From assembly GCF_008189405.1 (NCBI RefSeq), contig NZ_CP043316.1, forward strand, positions 450,001-482,000: DNA of 32,000 nucleotides. The letters are read 5' to 3'. Position numbers and translations under genes: made by a program. Under the pieces are notes generated by a model that made no database searches, was not told the origin of the DNA, and was given only the letters and a program-made list of their open reading frames with translations. Source of the stretch: Candidatus Saccharimonadota bacterium (GTDB taxonomy: Bacteria > Pseudomonadota > Alphaproteobacteria > CAJXXZ01 > 1604HC). Of this stretch, positions 9,353 to 18,150 are shown in pieces; the first letter of the stretch is position 1; the number at the start of each line of letters is the position of its first letter.

Positions 9353-10796
9353 TTATCTCATATTTTCTTTTAATTCACTTAATCTATTTTCATCTAATCC
9401 TGTAACCTTCATAATATCCTCTATAGGCATATTCACCCTTAACAAATTCATTGCAACTTGCTCAATACCTCCTTTCAACCCTCTTTCAATTCCTTTATCT
9501 ATCAATAATTGATCTTTTTCCTCCTGCACCTCAATCCTTAGTTCTTCAATTTTATCAGATTGACTTAGCATTTTTTGATATGATGCTACACTACTATCAA
9601 TAAATGGCAGTAACTCTACTTTCATCTTTACACCGGTTTTGTGCATATTTTTCATTTACTCCTCTTGTATGGGTTCCAATAATATGCATGCATTCCGACA
9701 CAATTGGACTTCCACTACTTCCAGGTAATGTATTAGCTAAATGGTATATCATCTCTTTAGAATCTATATCTTCTGTATACACATCTCCCTTTGATTCATT
9801 AACATCTTTTGATCCATTTGGATTCCCCACAACACTTATAACTTTCTCCTCATTAAATATTTTCAATTTTAGCAGTTTATCTATTTGCTCTTGCGACAAA
9901 TTCAAGCTCTCAGATAAAAATAATAATGCAACATCATATTTAGGATTGAAATTCTTCTCCCATTCAGGATGAATAAAACAGTGAGTTAATACTGTCGCAG
10001 ATGCAGGTTTCTTCTTGGCAAATGATGCTGTAGTTAACATATGATGAAAGCTGACTGAATCTGCTCTAACGCGATCTGTATTATAATGCCCATTGATGAA
10101 AGGAGGCAATAAATTATGAGCAGCAGTTAGTATAGCATTCGTACCAATAAAAAATGCACTGCCAGTAAAAACTTCATTACCTTCTTATTCATCAATATGC
10201 ATTGTCAGTTTACCAGAAGCAGCATATGGCAATTGAGATAACCACTCACTATCTACAATTTTAAATGCATTATCAAATGTTTTTCCAGAAAATATTTTGT
10301 GATTTTTCTTGTTTAAATTTATGCTTTCTTTTCTTCTATGCATAGTATTTTTTTTGTGATCCAATTGTTTAGAAAATCTTATATTGCGTAAATCCCTATC
10401 ACTTATGTTACTTTGTAATTCGAAATAATCATTTGGATCTTCAATATCACCTGTATAATATAACCCTCTATCTTCATCATAAAATGGCCCTTTTGAATTA
10501 CGCAAATAAGCTTCATGTACAGTTTGATCAAATTCAGGGTAATCAGGTTGCGAAATAGTCACCAACCCATTTTTATCAACCGAAACATAGTCCAATTTTA
10601 AGCTATGATCTTCTTTACTATAAAAACGAACAGACTGTGATAAAGTGCTTTGAGCCAACCCAACACTTCGTACATATGCATGGCTAATCCCCATACTACT
10701 ACGTGCAATACCAAATCCTATACTCTTTACATATGAAAAATTCATGCAATCAGCAGAACTACTTAACAGTATACTTAATAGTAAAACTTTATTCAT
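9353..10796 (-). pseudogene. disrupted family protease (one in-frame TAA plus one homopolymer frameshift)
   Basis: The ORFs 10185-10796, 9597-10109 and 9353-9655 together are collinear with the intact paralog at 10966-12327. The stop at 10185-10187 is in frame: ...KLTMHIDE*EGNEVFTGSAFFIGTNAILTAAHNL continues in the same frame. The reading frame then switches after IIGTHTRGVNEK at a T5 run (9648-9652) into ...NMHKTGVKMKVELLPFIDSS... plus the tail. Confidence 0.8.
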
Positions 10797-10877
10797 ATTA
10801 CCCCCTATAGAAACTATAAATTCCCATGCAGTATTGTATCACTATAATAACCTTCTGATAACGATCATTATTTTATT
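10540..10877. repeat. recent duplication, copy a (5' leader plus first ~85 codons)
   Basis: About 338 bp, nearly identical by eye to 12071-12409. The encoded MNKVLLLSIL(L/V)SSSADCMNFSYVKSIGFGIARSSMGISHAYVRSVGLAQSTLSQSVRFY is the same in both. Confidence 0.85.
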
Positions 10878-10965
10878 CACCTAAGTTATATAATGTGATT
10901 TTGTATATTAAATTATATATATACAATAACTCACCACAACGTATATGCTCATTATAATATAAACT

Positions 10966-12327
10966 TTATTTTTTTTTAGCTTTTATATTATTAATAGCAC
11001 TTTTACTAACGCCTGTTATGGTAGCGATCTTATTAATAGGCATATGATCTGCTAGTAAATTCTTCACAATTTGAATTATCTTATAGTCTAATTTCACTTT
11101 TTTAGCAATGCTTATACTCTTTAGCACTTTAAGACTACCTGTTTTAGGTTGTTTCATGATTTTTAAATCTTTATTGTACAATGTAATTGCTTTATTTATG
11201 AACTTTACAGTATCATTATTAACCCCGTATCCATTATTAAATTTCATTGCATCACTATATGCTGTATGGACCCCTATAACATTATTATTTGACCGTAAAA
11301 TAATAGGGCTTCCACTATTTCCTGGCAAAGTATCTGCTGTATGAATGATTAGCTGATCTTTATAGATTGCATCTCCATGTGATTCATGCATGCTTTTATG
11401 CCCCTCTGGGTATCCAATCACCTTAACCTTATCTATTGATTGGTTAACCATGAGCTTTAACTGATCTTTAATTGAATGCTGGAAAAATAATAATGCCATA
11501 TCACAGCTTTGGTCATTACTTTCTATCCATTTAGGATGTATATAGCAATGTGTGCAACGAAAACCAATCTCACCTTCAGCATATGATTTATTTTTAAAAT
11601 ATACTTGGTCCGCTGTTAGAGTCTTTCCTACTTCTTCTATAACACTATATACATTATGAGCTGCTGTCATTACAATATTTTTGTCAATTAAAAATGCACT
11701 TCCTTTATATGAAATAAGCTTTCCTTGATTTATAAAATATTTCATTGTTAACTTACCACAAGCAGCATATGGCAATGCAAATAATCTACTTTGTTTAACT
11801 ATTTTTAATGGTATTTTCTTTTTAGATAGAATTGCTTCACGCTTTTTTATAACATTTTCTTCAGATGAAATCTTGAATTTTTCTAATACAGTACTGTATG
11901 CGATATCCATACTATTGCTTTTTGAAATCTCATTTATATTACCACGCAATTTATAAGAATCATTCTCATTAAAATCACTATTATCAATATAATAAACAGA
12001 CCCTGATTTGTCATAAAATGGACCTTCTACATCTTTTAAATATTCTTCTACAACAGTTCCAGATTTAGGATAATCAGGTTGCGAAATAGTCACCAACCCA
12101 TTTTTATCAACCGAAACATACTCTAATTTTAAGCTATGATCTTTTTTTCTATAAAAACGAACAGACTGGGACAAAGTGCTTTGAGCCAACCCAACACTTC
12201 GTACATATGCATGGCTAATCCCCATACTACTACGTGCAATACCAAATCCTATACTCTTTACATATGAAAAATTCATGCAATCAGCTGAACTACTCACCAA
12301 TATACTTAATAGTAAAACTTTATTCAT
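10966..12327 (-). CDS. secreted V8/S1B-like serine protease (variant N-module, K-rich tail)
   Basis: 453 aa. LPYAACGKLTMKY, GSAFLIDKNIVMTAAHNV, CDMALLFF, TLPGNSGSPII...VIGVHT. Tail IVKNLLADHMPINKIATITGVSKSAINNIKAKKK. Leader GGTTTCTATAGGGGGGTAATATG. Confidence 0.85.
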   Translation of the reverse strand: MNKVLLLSILVSSSADCMNFSYVKSIGFGIARSSMGISHAYVRSVGLAQSTLSQSVRFYRKKDHSLKLEYVSVDKNGLVTISQPDYPKSGTVVEEYLKDVEGPFYDKSGSVYYIDNSDFNENDSYKLRGNINEISKSNSMDIAYSTVLEKFKISSEENVIKKREAILSKKKIPLKIVKQSRLFALPYAACGKLTMKYFINQGKLISYKGSAFLIDKNIVMTAAHNVYSVIEEVGKTLTADQVYFKNKSYAEGEIGFRCTHCYIHPKWIESNDQSCDMALLFFQHSIKDQLKLMVNQSIDKVKVIGYPEGHKSMHESHGDAIYKDQLIIHTADTLPGNSGSPIILRSNNNVIGVHTAYSDAMKFNNGYGVNNDTVKFINKAITLYNKDLKIMKQPKTGSLKVLKSISIAKKVKLDYKIIQIVKNLLADHMPINKIATITGVSKSAINNIKAKKK

Positions 12328-12409
12328 ATTACCCCCCTATAGAAACCATAAATTCCCATGCAATATTGTATCACTATAATAACCTTCTGATAACGATCAT
12401 TGTTTTATT
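12071..12409. repeat. recent duplication, copy b
   Basis: Partner of 10540-10877, offset 1531 bp. Confidence 0.85.
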
Positions 12410-12647
12410 TAAATTTATCAATTATTTATTTTATCTAAATACTATAATATAGCTCATATAATTAATAATATATCTTCTATATAAACAGATGCAGTGCATG
12501 CATACTATAGATTTCTACTGCATGTTTAAATTGAGTAAATTTCCATAGAGTTTGTTCTATAGAATTAGAGATTCCATATTAAGAAGTGAAACCTTTAAGC
12601 AATGCAATTTGTTTTAATGCTTTCTTTAAGAGGCAGATAATTACTGC

Positions 12648-14333
12648 TTATTTTTTCCCTCTAGACTGCTTTACTGCATCTAGGGCACCTCCTTTTGCAG
12701 ATGCACTGCTTTTTGTAAGCACATTTCTTTTTGCTACATATTTTACTACATCAACTTTTACTGAATCTGGAACAGTTGAGCCAGATTTTGGCGCAGGCTT
12801 GCTTTTCACTGTAGCTTTAGATTTCACTGAATTTGGAACAGTTGCTTCAGATTTTTGCACAGGCTTATTTGTTTGAAGGGTACTTTTCTTAGGCTTTGGT
12901 GTTACACTTTTTTTATCTCTAGGCTTTGCCGTAAGATTTTGCACTGAGTCTCTATTTTTCTTAGGCTTTAGTGCTATAGTTTTTGTAACTGCAGGTTCTG
13001 ACGCAAGTTTTGTTGTTGAACTTGAAACACTTTCCTTAGGCTCTGATGTCAACTTACTTGCACTTAATATAGTCACTACACCTATATTCTCATTTGCTAG
13101 CGAATTTATTACCTGAACTAAACATTCCTCCATGGTATGTGGGGAAAACTTCTCTATAGAATCTGCCTCTTTTTCACCTATAAATTCTTCTCTTTGCTTT
13201 TTTCTTTTTTCTTCTGCTGCCTGTACCTGTTCACCACAATTAATCACCCCTTCCTTCACTCTACTTAATTCCTCTGAACATAATTTTTTATACTGATCAT
13301 TTAGTTTAATGTAACATAGTAAATATTCCGCATAATTAGGATTTATACGATCTGTATTTTTCACCTTCTCAAGAGCCTCATCCTTTAATAAGCATGCCTT
13401 ATCTATTTCTTCTTGATAATTTATATCTATTTTTTTAGAATTTTTAAATGATTCTACATTTTTTGCATACACTGCTTTTCCAATATTAATATAATTCTCA
13501 TAATATTGACTGTATAAGTATATAGCATTACTTAAGAATTGATTTATATTATCTGTAATTCTAGACCCAACGTTCTCTGGTGCATCAGAAGCACCATCAT
13601 AACCATATTCATAATACGCATTATGAACAGCTATTACATACCATTTATCACCATTTTTATGTAAAACAGGGCCACCGCTATTACCCTGCAAAGTATCTGC
13701 ATTGTGATATACCAAATGATCTGTGTACCTAATAACTTTACCTTTCGATTCTTGCATTATTCCACCACATCCACTTGGAAAGCCTATAACACTTATGTCT
13801 ATATGGTTATGTAACATACTATCATCTATCACTAATGGGGCCATGTCTTGAGCATTCAATAAAAATAATATTGCAATATCATATTTATTATCAAAACATT
13901 TAGCCCATCCTTCGTGCACATAACCTTTTACACATATAAATCCTTGCTCTTCTTCATTCACTACCTCAGATTTAAAATATATTAGGTCAGGGATCTCTCT
14001 GCTATTCCTAAAATACACATTATGCGCTGCTGTCATTACTATGTTTTTACCAATCAAGAATCCAGAACCTATACTATAACTCTCATTATCCTTATACATC
14101 ATTAGTCTACCACATTGTGCATAGGGCACTTGATTCAATTGTTCACCAGTAATAGATATAAAATCTCCATTTGCTTTTTGAGAGTCAGTATCTTTACCAA
14201 GCAATCCTTGCAAATTCAGCTCTTTATCTTGCTCAACATGACTATCTTTAACTAGAATATCTTGATTTGCTCCATTCAAAATAGACATTACTACACTTAA
14301 CAATATTATCTTCTTCACAACATTATTATACAT
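12648..14333 (-). CDS. secreted V8/S1B-like serine protease with a long coiled/acidic linker and a K/P/S/T-rich basic repeat tail
   Basis: 561 aa. Signal-like KKIILLSVVMSILNG. VPYAQCGRLMMY, GSGFLIGKNIVMTAAHNV, YDIAILFL, TLQGNSGGPVL. The C-terminal ~130 aa is KPKKNRD..TPKPKKST..KPVQKSEATVPNSVKSKATVKSKPAPKSGSTVPDSVK...GKK. It lacks the EWEGPF N-module. Confidence 0.85.
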   Translation of the reverse strand: MYNNVVKKIILLSVVMSILNGANQDILVKDSHVEQDKELNLQGLLGKDTDSQKANGDFISITGEQLNQVPYAQCGRLMMYKDNESYSIGSGFLIGKNIVMTAAHNVYFRNSREIPDLIYFKSEVVNEEEQGFICVKGYVHEGWAKCFDNKYDIAILFLLNAQDMAPLVIDDSMLHNHIDISVIGFPSGCGGIMQESKGKVIRYTDHLVYHNADTLQGNSGGPVLHKNGDKWYVIAVHNAYYEYGYDGASDAPENVGSRITDNINQFLSNAIYLYSQYYENYINIGKAVYAKNVESFKNSKKIDINYQEEIDKACLLKDEALEKVKNTDRINPNYAEYLLCYIKLNDQYKKLCSEELSRVKEGVINCGEQVQAAEEKRKKQREEFIGEKEADSIEKFSPHTMEECLVQVINSLANENIGVVTILSASKLTSEPKESVSSSTTKLASEPAVTKTIALKPKKNRDSVQNLTAKPRDKKSVTPKPKKSTLQTNKPVQKSEATVPNSVKSKATVKSKPAPKSGSTVPDSVKVDVVKYVAKRNVLTKSSASAKGGALDAVKQSRGKK

Positions 14334-14504
14334 TATTTAAATGTAATTTACAATTTTTATATTAAATTAAAAACGTCTGATTTCAAACCCATATTCACAT
14401 CAAAATATGTTGGCAAAACTAATTATTTAACATCGATAATTATATTATAAAGGGGTTTAAACATATTAAAACCTAACACCTATATATCAAAATGCAAGAA
14501 TCGG

Positions 14505-14677
14505 CATAATAACTACGCCTTAAAATCTGCTAATTTATTCAACTCAACATAAACAGTATTAACTGAAGAGCTATTTAATACATTTTTATCTATCATATAA
14601 GCCTCAGTTGATTTATGACCTTGCGCCACTTCATCACTTTCATGCCCCATACTATTACTTGTGCTTCTCTCACTCAA
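14505..14677. repeat. 173-bp near-identical direct repeat, copy a (3' coding end plus stop-proximal flank)
   Basis: Matches 15143-15314 with 3 substitutions and 1 indel by eye. Encodes ...SERSTSNSMGHESDEV(A/V)QGHKSTEAYMIDKNVLNSSSVNTVYVELNKLADFKA. Confidence 0.9.
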
Positions 14678-15079
14678 ACCTTCATTACTATTATCATGCA
14701 TAGGATTCAAATCATTATTACAACTATGACTTCCCTTAATACTAAAATAAGGATCATCTTTACTTAATAAACTCTCATAATGTGCAATCTCGTCCTCTAA
14801 ATTATTAAACTGCATATCACTTTTCGCCAAATGGTCCTCGTGATCATTAAATACAGACTGTTCATGCACAGAAACCAATCCCCTCACATCACACCAATAT
14901 TCCCTAATTACCTTACCAGGCTTAAAACAAGGAGCTTTAATATCGTGCGAACTAAAATCAGGAGCATCAATAACAAGGCTCCCATTATCGGCCACAGTCA
15001 CATATTCTTTAACTGGCAAATCTGGACCAGTCCCATGCAACATAGATACAATAAGACCAACAAATAAAATTTTATTCAT
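14513..15079 (-). CDS. family N-module-only protein (mosaic paralog)
   Basis: I place the start at ATG 15079 (MNKILFVGLIVSMLHG), which is preceded by TTTCTATAGGAGGAAAT. The longer ORF to 15145 lacks an SD. The N-half is ~identical to 15904-16214 and the C-terminal 55 aa is ~identical to that of 15150-15749. Confidence 0.65.
   Translation of the reverse strand: MNKILFVGLIVSMLHGTGPDLPVKEYVTVADNGSLVIDAPDFSSHDIKAPCFKPGKVIREYWCDVRGLVSVHEQSVFNDHEDHLAKSDMQFNNLEDEIAHYESLLSKDDPYFSIKGSHSCNNDLNPMHDNSNEGLSERSTSNSMGHESDEVAQGHKSTEAYMIDKNVLNSSSVNTVYVELNKLADFKA
14863..15048. repeat. 186-bp near-identical direct repeat, copy a (5' coding part)
   Basis: Matches 16029-16214 at a constant offset of 1166 bp, with about 6 mismatches by eye. 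Confidence 0.9.
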
Positions 15080-15142
15080 ATTTCCTCCTATAGAAACATA
15101 AAAGCTTCTACTCGCATGGTAGCATAAAACCATGAAAATCAA

Positions 15143-15314
15143 CATAATACTACGCCTTAAAATCTGCTAATTTATTCAACTCAACATAAACAGTATTAAC
15201 TGAAGAGCTATTTAATACATTTTTATCTATCATATAAGCCTCAGTTGATTTATGACCTTGTACCACTTCATCACTCTCATGCCCCATACTATTACTTGTG
15301 CTTCTCTCACTCAA
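15143..15314. repeat. near-identical direct repeat, copy b
   Basis: Partner of 14505-14677. Confidence 0.9.
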
Positions 15315-15749
15315 GCTTTCACCACTACTGCTATTTCTGTTAACAAGATTCAACTCATCATATGAATCAATGCTTCTTATATAATCAAAATAAGGGTCAT
15401 TCTTACTTAAGACACTCTCATAATCAGCAATTTTTTTCCTTTGTTCACTAGAATAAGCACTATTCTCTTTTAGTGCGTTTTCATATTCAGCAAGCTTCTT
15501 TCCTAAATCTTCTACATAAGTATCTATAGATCTTTCATGTACAGAAACCCATCCTCTCACACCACAGCAATATTGCTTAACTACCTTACCCAGTGCCTTG
15601 TCAGCATCAAAATATGGAAATTCCATATTATGCAAAGAATGTGTGTTAGCTACAAATCCACCATCTTCAACTTCCTTTAAATCTTTCCATTCATGTTCAA
15701 CAACACCCAACACAGAAACTGCAAAGCAAACAAATAAAGTTTTATTCAT
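15150..15749 (-). CDS. family N-module-only protein
   Basis: Start placed at ATG 15749 (MNKTLFVCFAVSVLG), preceded by TTTCTATAGGAGAAAAT. It shares ...CCGVRGWVSVHE and the C-terminal 55 aa with 14513-15079. Confidence 0.65.
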   Translation of the reverse strand: MNKTLFVCFAVSVLGVVEHEWKDLKEVEDGGFVANTHSLHNMEFPYFDADKALGKVVKQYCCGVRGWVSVHERSIDTYVEDLGKKLAEYENALKENSAYSSEQRKKIADYESVLSKNDPYFDYIRSIDSYDELNLVNRNSSSGESLSERSTSNSMGHESDEVVQGHKSTEAYMIDKNVLNSSSVNTVYVELNKLADFKA

Positions 15750-15903
15750 ATTTTCTCCTATAGAAACAAAATAGCTTCTATCTGACATATTAACATAAGT
15801 ATTTTGACAAACATAGTAATTGAAGTTGCTTGAGCAATACAGATTATGAATTGAATTAGTAAAGCTCATAAAAAACTTACATAATATAAATACTAATTAT
15901 TTA

Positions 15904-16259
15904 CTATGTGTTATTATAAAAATTCAAATCTTTTAGAGCACTTAATTCAACAGATATAGTATTAAATGAACTTGAATTTTCATCAGTTAAGTCTATCAAT
16001 ATCACATTGTTTCTAATTGGTTTGGACGCATGTACAGAAACCCATCCCCTCACATCACACCAATATTTCCTAATTACCTTACCAGGCTTAAAACAAGGAG
16101 CTTTAATATCGTGCGAACTAAAATCAGGAGCATCAATAACAAGGCTCCCATTATCGGCCACAGTCACATATTCTTTAACTGGCAAATCTGGGTCAGTCCC
16201 ATGCAACATAGATATTATCAACCCACAAACAAAATTCTTTTCATATTTACTCTTTTCAT
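15904..16259 (-). pseudogene. family N-module paralog with a frameshifted signal peptide
   Basis: The family leader TTTTTCTATAGGAGGGAAT precedes ATG 16259. Translation runs MKRVNMKRILFVG and then hits TGA. Adding one T would restore GLIISMLHGTDPDLPVKEY, the frame of ORF 15904-16221. That ORF otherwise starts at TTG without a signal peptide. Confidence 0.55.
16029..16214. repeat. near-identical direct repeat, copy b
   Basis: Partner of 14863-15048. Confidence 0.9.
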
Positions 16260-16339
16260 ATTCCCTCCTATAGAAAAATCACACTTCCTTCTAAGCACAA
16301 TAGCATAAAATTATAAAAATCAATATCACGCTTATAGAT

Positions 16340-16397
16340 CATACTATTACTTGCACTTCTCTCATTTAAATTTTCATTGCTACTATTATCATTCAAT
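16340..16397 (-). pseudogene. short relic of the family C-terminal (SERSTSNSM...) coding segment
   Basis: catactattacttgcacttctctcatttaaattttcatt...ctattatcatt resembles 14649-14700 (catactattacttgtgcttctctcactcaaaccttcattactattatcat). No ORF remains. It lies between the ddl stop and the next family gene. Confidence 0.4.
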
Positions 16398-16416
16398 TTC
16401 TCCATTACAATTTTTA

Positions 16417-17412
16417 TTATTCAAGTAATAATTTGGCAAAATCAGAATCAGAATAATTATTGAATTTAAGAATTCTAGGCAATAATGTCATTCCAGGAAT
16501 TGAGTTATAATCTATGAAATATGCCTTATCAGATAGTTTAAAATCTATTCTTGCAATTCCATGCCCATCCAAATAATTGTACAACCCCACTGCATATTCC
16601 TGCGCTGCCTTTACCATGCCTTGATCAACATATGATTCTGATCCTAGAAATTTCACCTTCTTATCAGTGTTTTTTGCATGTATTGTATAAAATTGTTCTT
16701 CACATTCTATAATCATTGAACCATAACATTTTCCATTTTTCACAACCACACATAATTCTGGACCTTCAATAAATTCTTCACATATAATAGCTTGATCACT
16801 CATTTTATACTGATCCTTTTCTTCATCGCTATTAATCACATGCACTCCATATGATGAGCCACCAAATAGTGGCTTCACAATGTGTGGATAGCAATGCGCT
16901 TTCTCTCTATATTTTTTTTCTGAGTAAAAACCTCCACTAGAAATAGGAATATTCAATTTTGTACAAATAGACCGCATAATATGCTTATTAATTGATATTG
17001 AAGCATCATTAAACCTTGGCCCTGTATATGGAAATTTCAATTCATCGAGAAACCTCTGTGCGTACCCATCTTCTCCCCAATAACCATGCACTAAATTCAC
17101 AATTATATCTGGTTGAATACGTAAAATATCATCCCTAAGCTCATTCAAACCATTTGCAGGATCTAAATGTATAATTTTATCTATAATATTTTGATTAGAA
17201 TCAATTGTAACTCCTGAATCCTGAGGGAGGGTGTTTAAATTAGGTAGTTGTAGAGAATCAGAACCATGTGATTGAAAATCAAAATTAGTTAATATATTAG
17301 AACTAGTTAATATACTTTCAACTTTCTTTGCACTTTTAAGTGAAGGGTATACTTCTGTCCACCCACCCGCTAAAAGCACTATATTTTTCATATTCAAAGC
17401 ATTCTGTGACAT
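16417..17412 (-). CDS. ddl: D-alanine--D-alanine ligase
   Basis: 331 aa. HGYWGEDGYAQRFLDELKFPYTGP and an ATP-grasp core with C-terminal NSIPGMT. The likely true start is MKNIVLLAGG, 7 codons in. There is an N-terminal low-complexity insertion relative to typical Ddl. Confidence 0.9.
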   Translation of the reverse strand: MSQNALNMKNIVLLAGGWTEVYPSLKSAKKVESILTSSNILTNFDFQSHGSDSLQLPNLNTLPQDSGVTIDSNQNIIDKIIHLDPANGLNELRDDILRIQPDIIVNLVHGYWGEDGYAQRFLDELKFPYTGPRFNDASISINKHIMRSICTKLNIPISSGGFYSEKKYREKAHCYPHIVKPLFGGSSYGVHVINSDEEKDQYKMSDQAIICEEFIEGPELCVVVKNGKCYGSMIIECEEQFYTIHAKNTDKKVKFLGSESYVDQGMVKAAQEYAVGLYNYLDGHGIARIDFKLSDKAYFIDYNSIPGMTLLPRILKFNNYSDSDFAKLLLE

Positions 17413-17484
17413 AAAAATATTATTGCATTAATTTATGATTTTTTAAAATGCAATTCAAACATCATGCAAAGCCACTGTTGTGAC

Positions 17485-18000
17485 TTAAGATATTCTTCGT
17501 CTTTTTGCATCTGATAATTGCTTGCCATCTATTTCATTTTTCAACTTGCTTACTTCATCTATAGTAAGTGTAGTCACTTCACTAATATCACCTATACTCA
17601 TAATATTCTTTATTAACATCTTTTTTGCAGTATTAATATCTGCTTGTTTTGCTGCATCATCCAAATCATTTTTAGTAAATGTTTTTTGCCCTTTGATATG
17701 TTTTGTAATCTCTGAATCGCGAGTGTCATTATTTGAATGTTCATCTTTTCTAACATAATAATAAGCGTCACGGTCTTTATCTAAAAATAGCCATTCCCAT
17801 TCTGCTGGATTTTCATAATAGACTTCAACTTTTTCAGGTTGAGAAAATTCAGGTGCTGTAATTTTAACAGTACCATCTGTACCAACACTTACATATTTAC
17901 CTTCAAATGGATGAGAATATGACTTATTTTCAGAATCACCTCCATGCAAAACACAGGTAATAAAACTCATACATAATAAAATCTTGTTAATATTCTCCAC
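17485..18000 (-). CDS. family protein with the protease core deleted in frame (N-module fused directly to the tail)
   Basis: 171 aa, collinear with both ends of 18151-19395: ...NNDTRDSEI|TKHIKGQKTFTKNDL... versus ...GNDTCGSETI...[protease]...YTKHIKVKAFTKSDL. It ends SDAKRRRIS. The canonical ATG is mutated (AATATTAAC versus AATATGAAT), leaving GTG 18000 or ATG 17970 as the start. Confidence 0.6.
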   Translation of the reverse strand: MENINKILLCMSFITCVLHGGDSENKSYSHPFEGKYVSVGTDGTVKITAPEFSQPEKVEVYYENPAEWEWLFLDKDRDAYYYVRKDEHSNNDTRDSEITKHIKGQKTFTKNDLDDAAKQADINTAKKMLIKNIMSIGDISEVTTLTIDEVSKLKNEIDGKQLSDAKRRRIS

Positions 18001-18150
18001 TTATAAAAGCATGATAACACAAATTATTCAAAATCCAATATTTCAGAAATAGCAAATAAATCACCTCTTACTTCAATTTATATCAATATTAAAACACATT
18101 ACTAATTAACCAACTATCAACCCTATATTTCATATATATGCTCTATGATG

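Noticed and set aside
9648-9652. Possible programmed frameshift or transcriptional slippage at the A5/T5 run joining the protease core to its tail
   Set aside because: The run is short. Intact paralogs encode core and tail in one frame without slippage. The same gene also carries an in-frame TAA upstream, so simple decay is the more economical explanation.
9353-9655. A 100-aa ORF with an Rpn/putative-transposase-like C-terminal tail, possibly a mobile-element remnant
   Set aside because: Only the tail motif is present, with no PD-(D/E)XK nuclease core. The ORF is contiguous, through a 1-nt homopolymer frameshift, with the protease pseudogene, and equivalent tails end the intact proteases. 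I therefore treat it as a family module and not as a transposase.
12586-12876. A 96-aa plus-strand ORF antisense to the basic tail of the 561-aa protease, and similar antisense ORFs (7330-7596, 8732-9108, 9604-9972, 11108-11344, 14831-15067, 16007-16308, 17522-17758, 19601-20222, 29146-29518, 31393-31912)
   Set aside because: Each lies wholly inside or against a longer, motif-supported gene on the other strand. They have low-complexity or hydrophobic nonsense translations and lack SD sequences.
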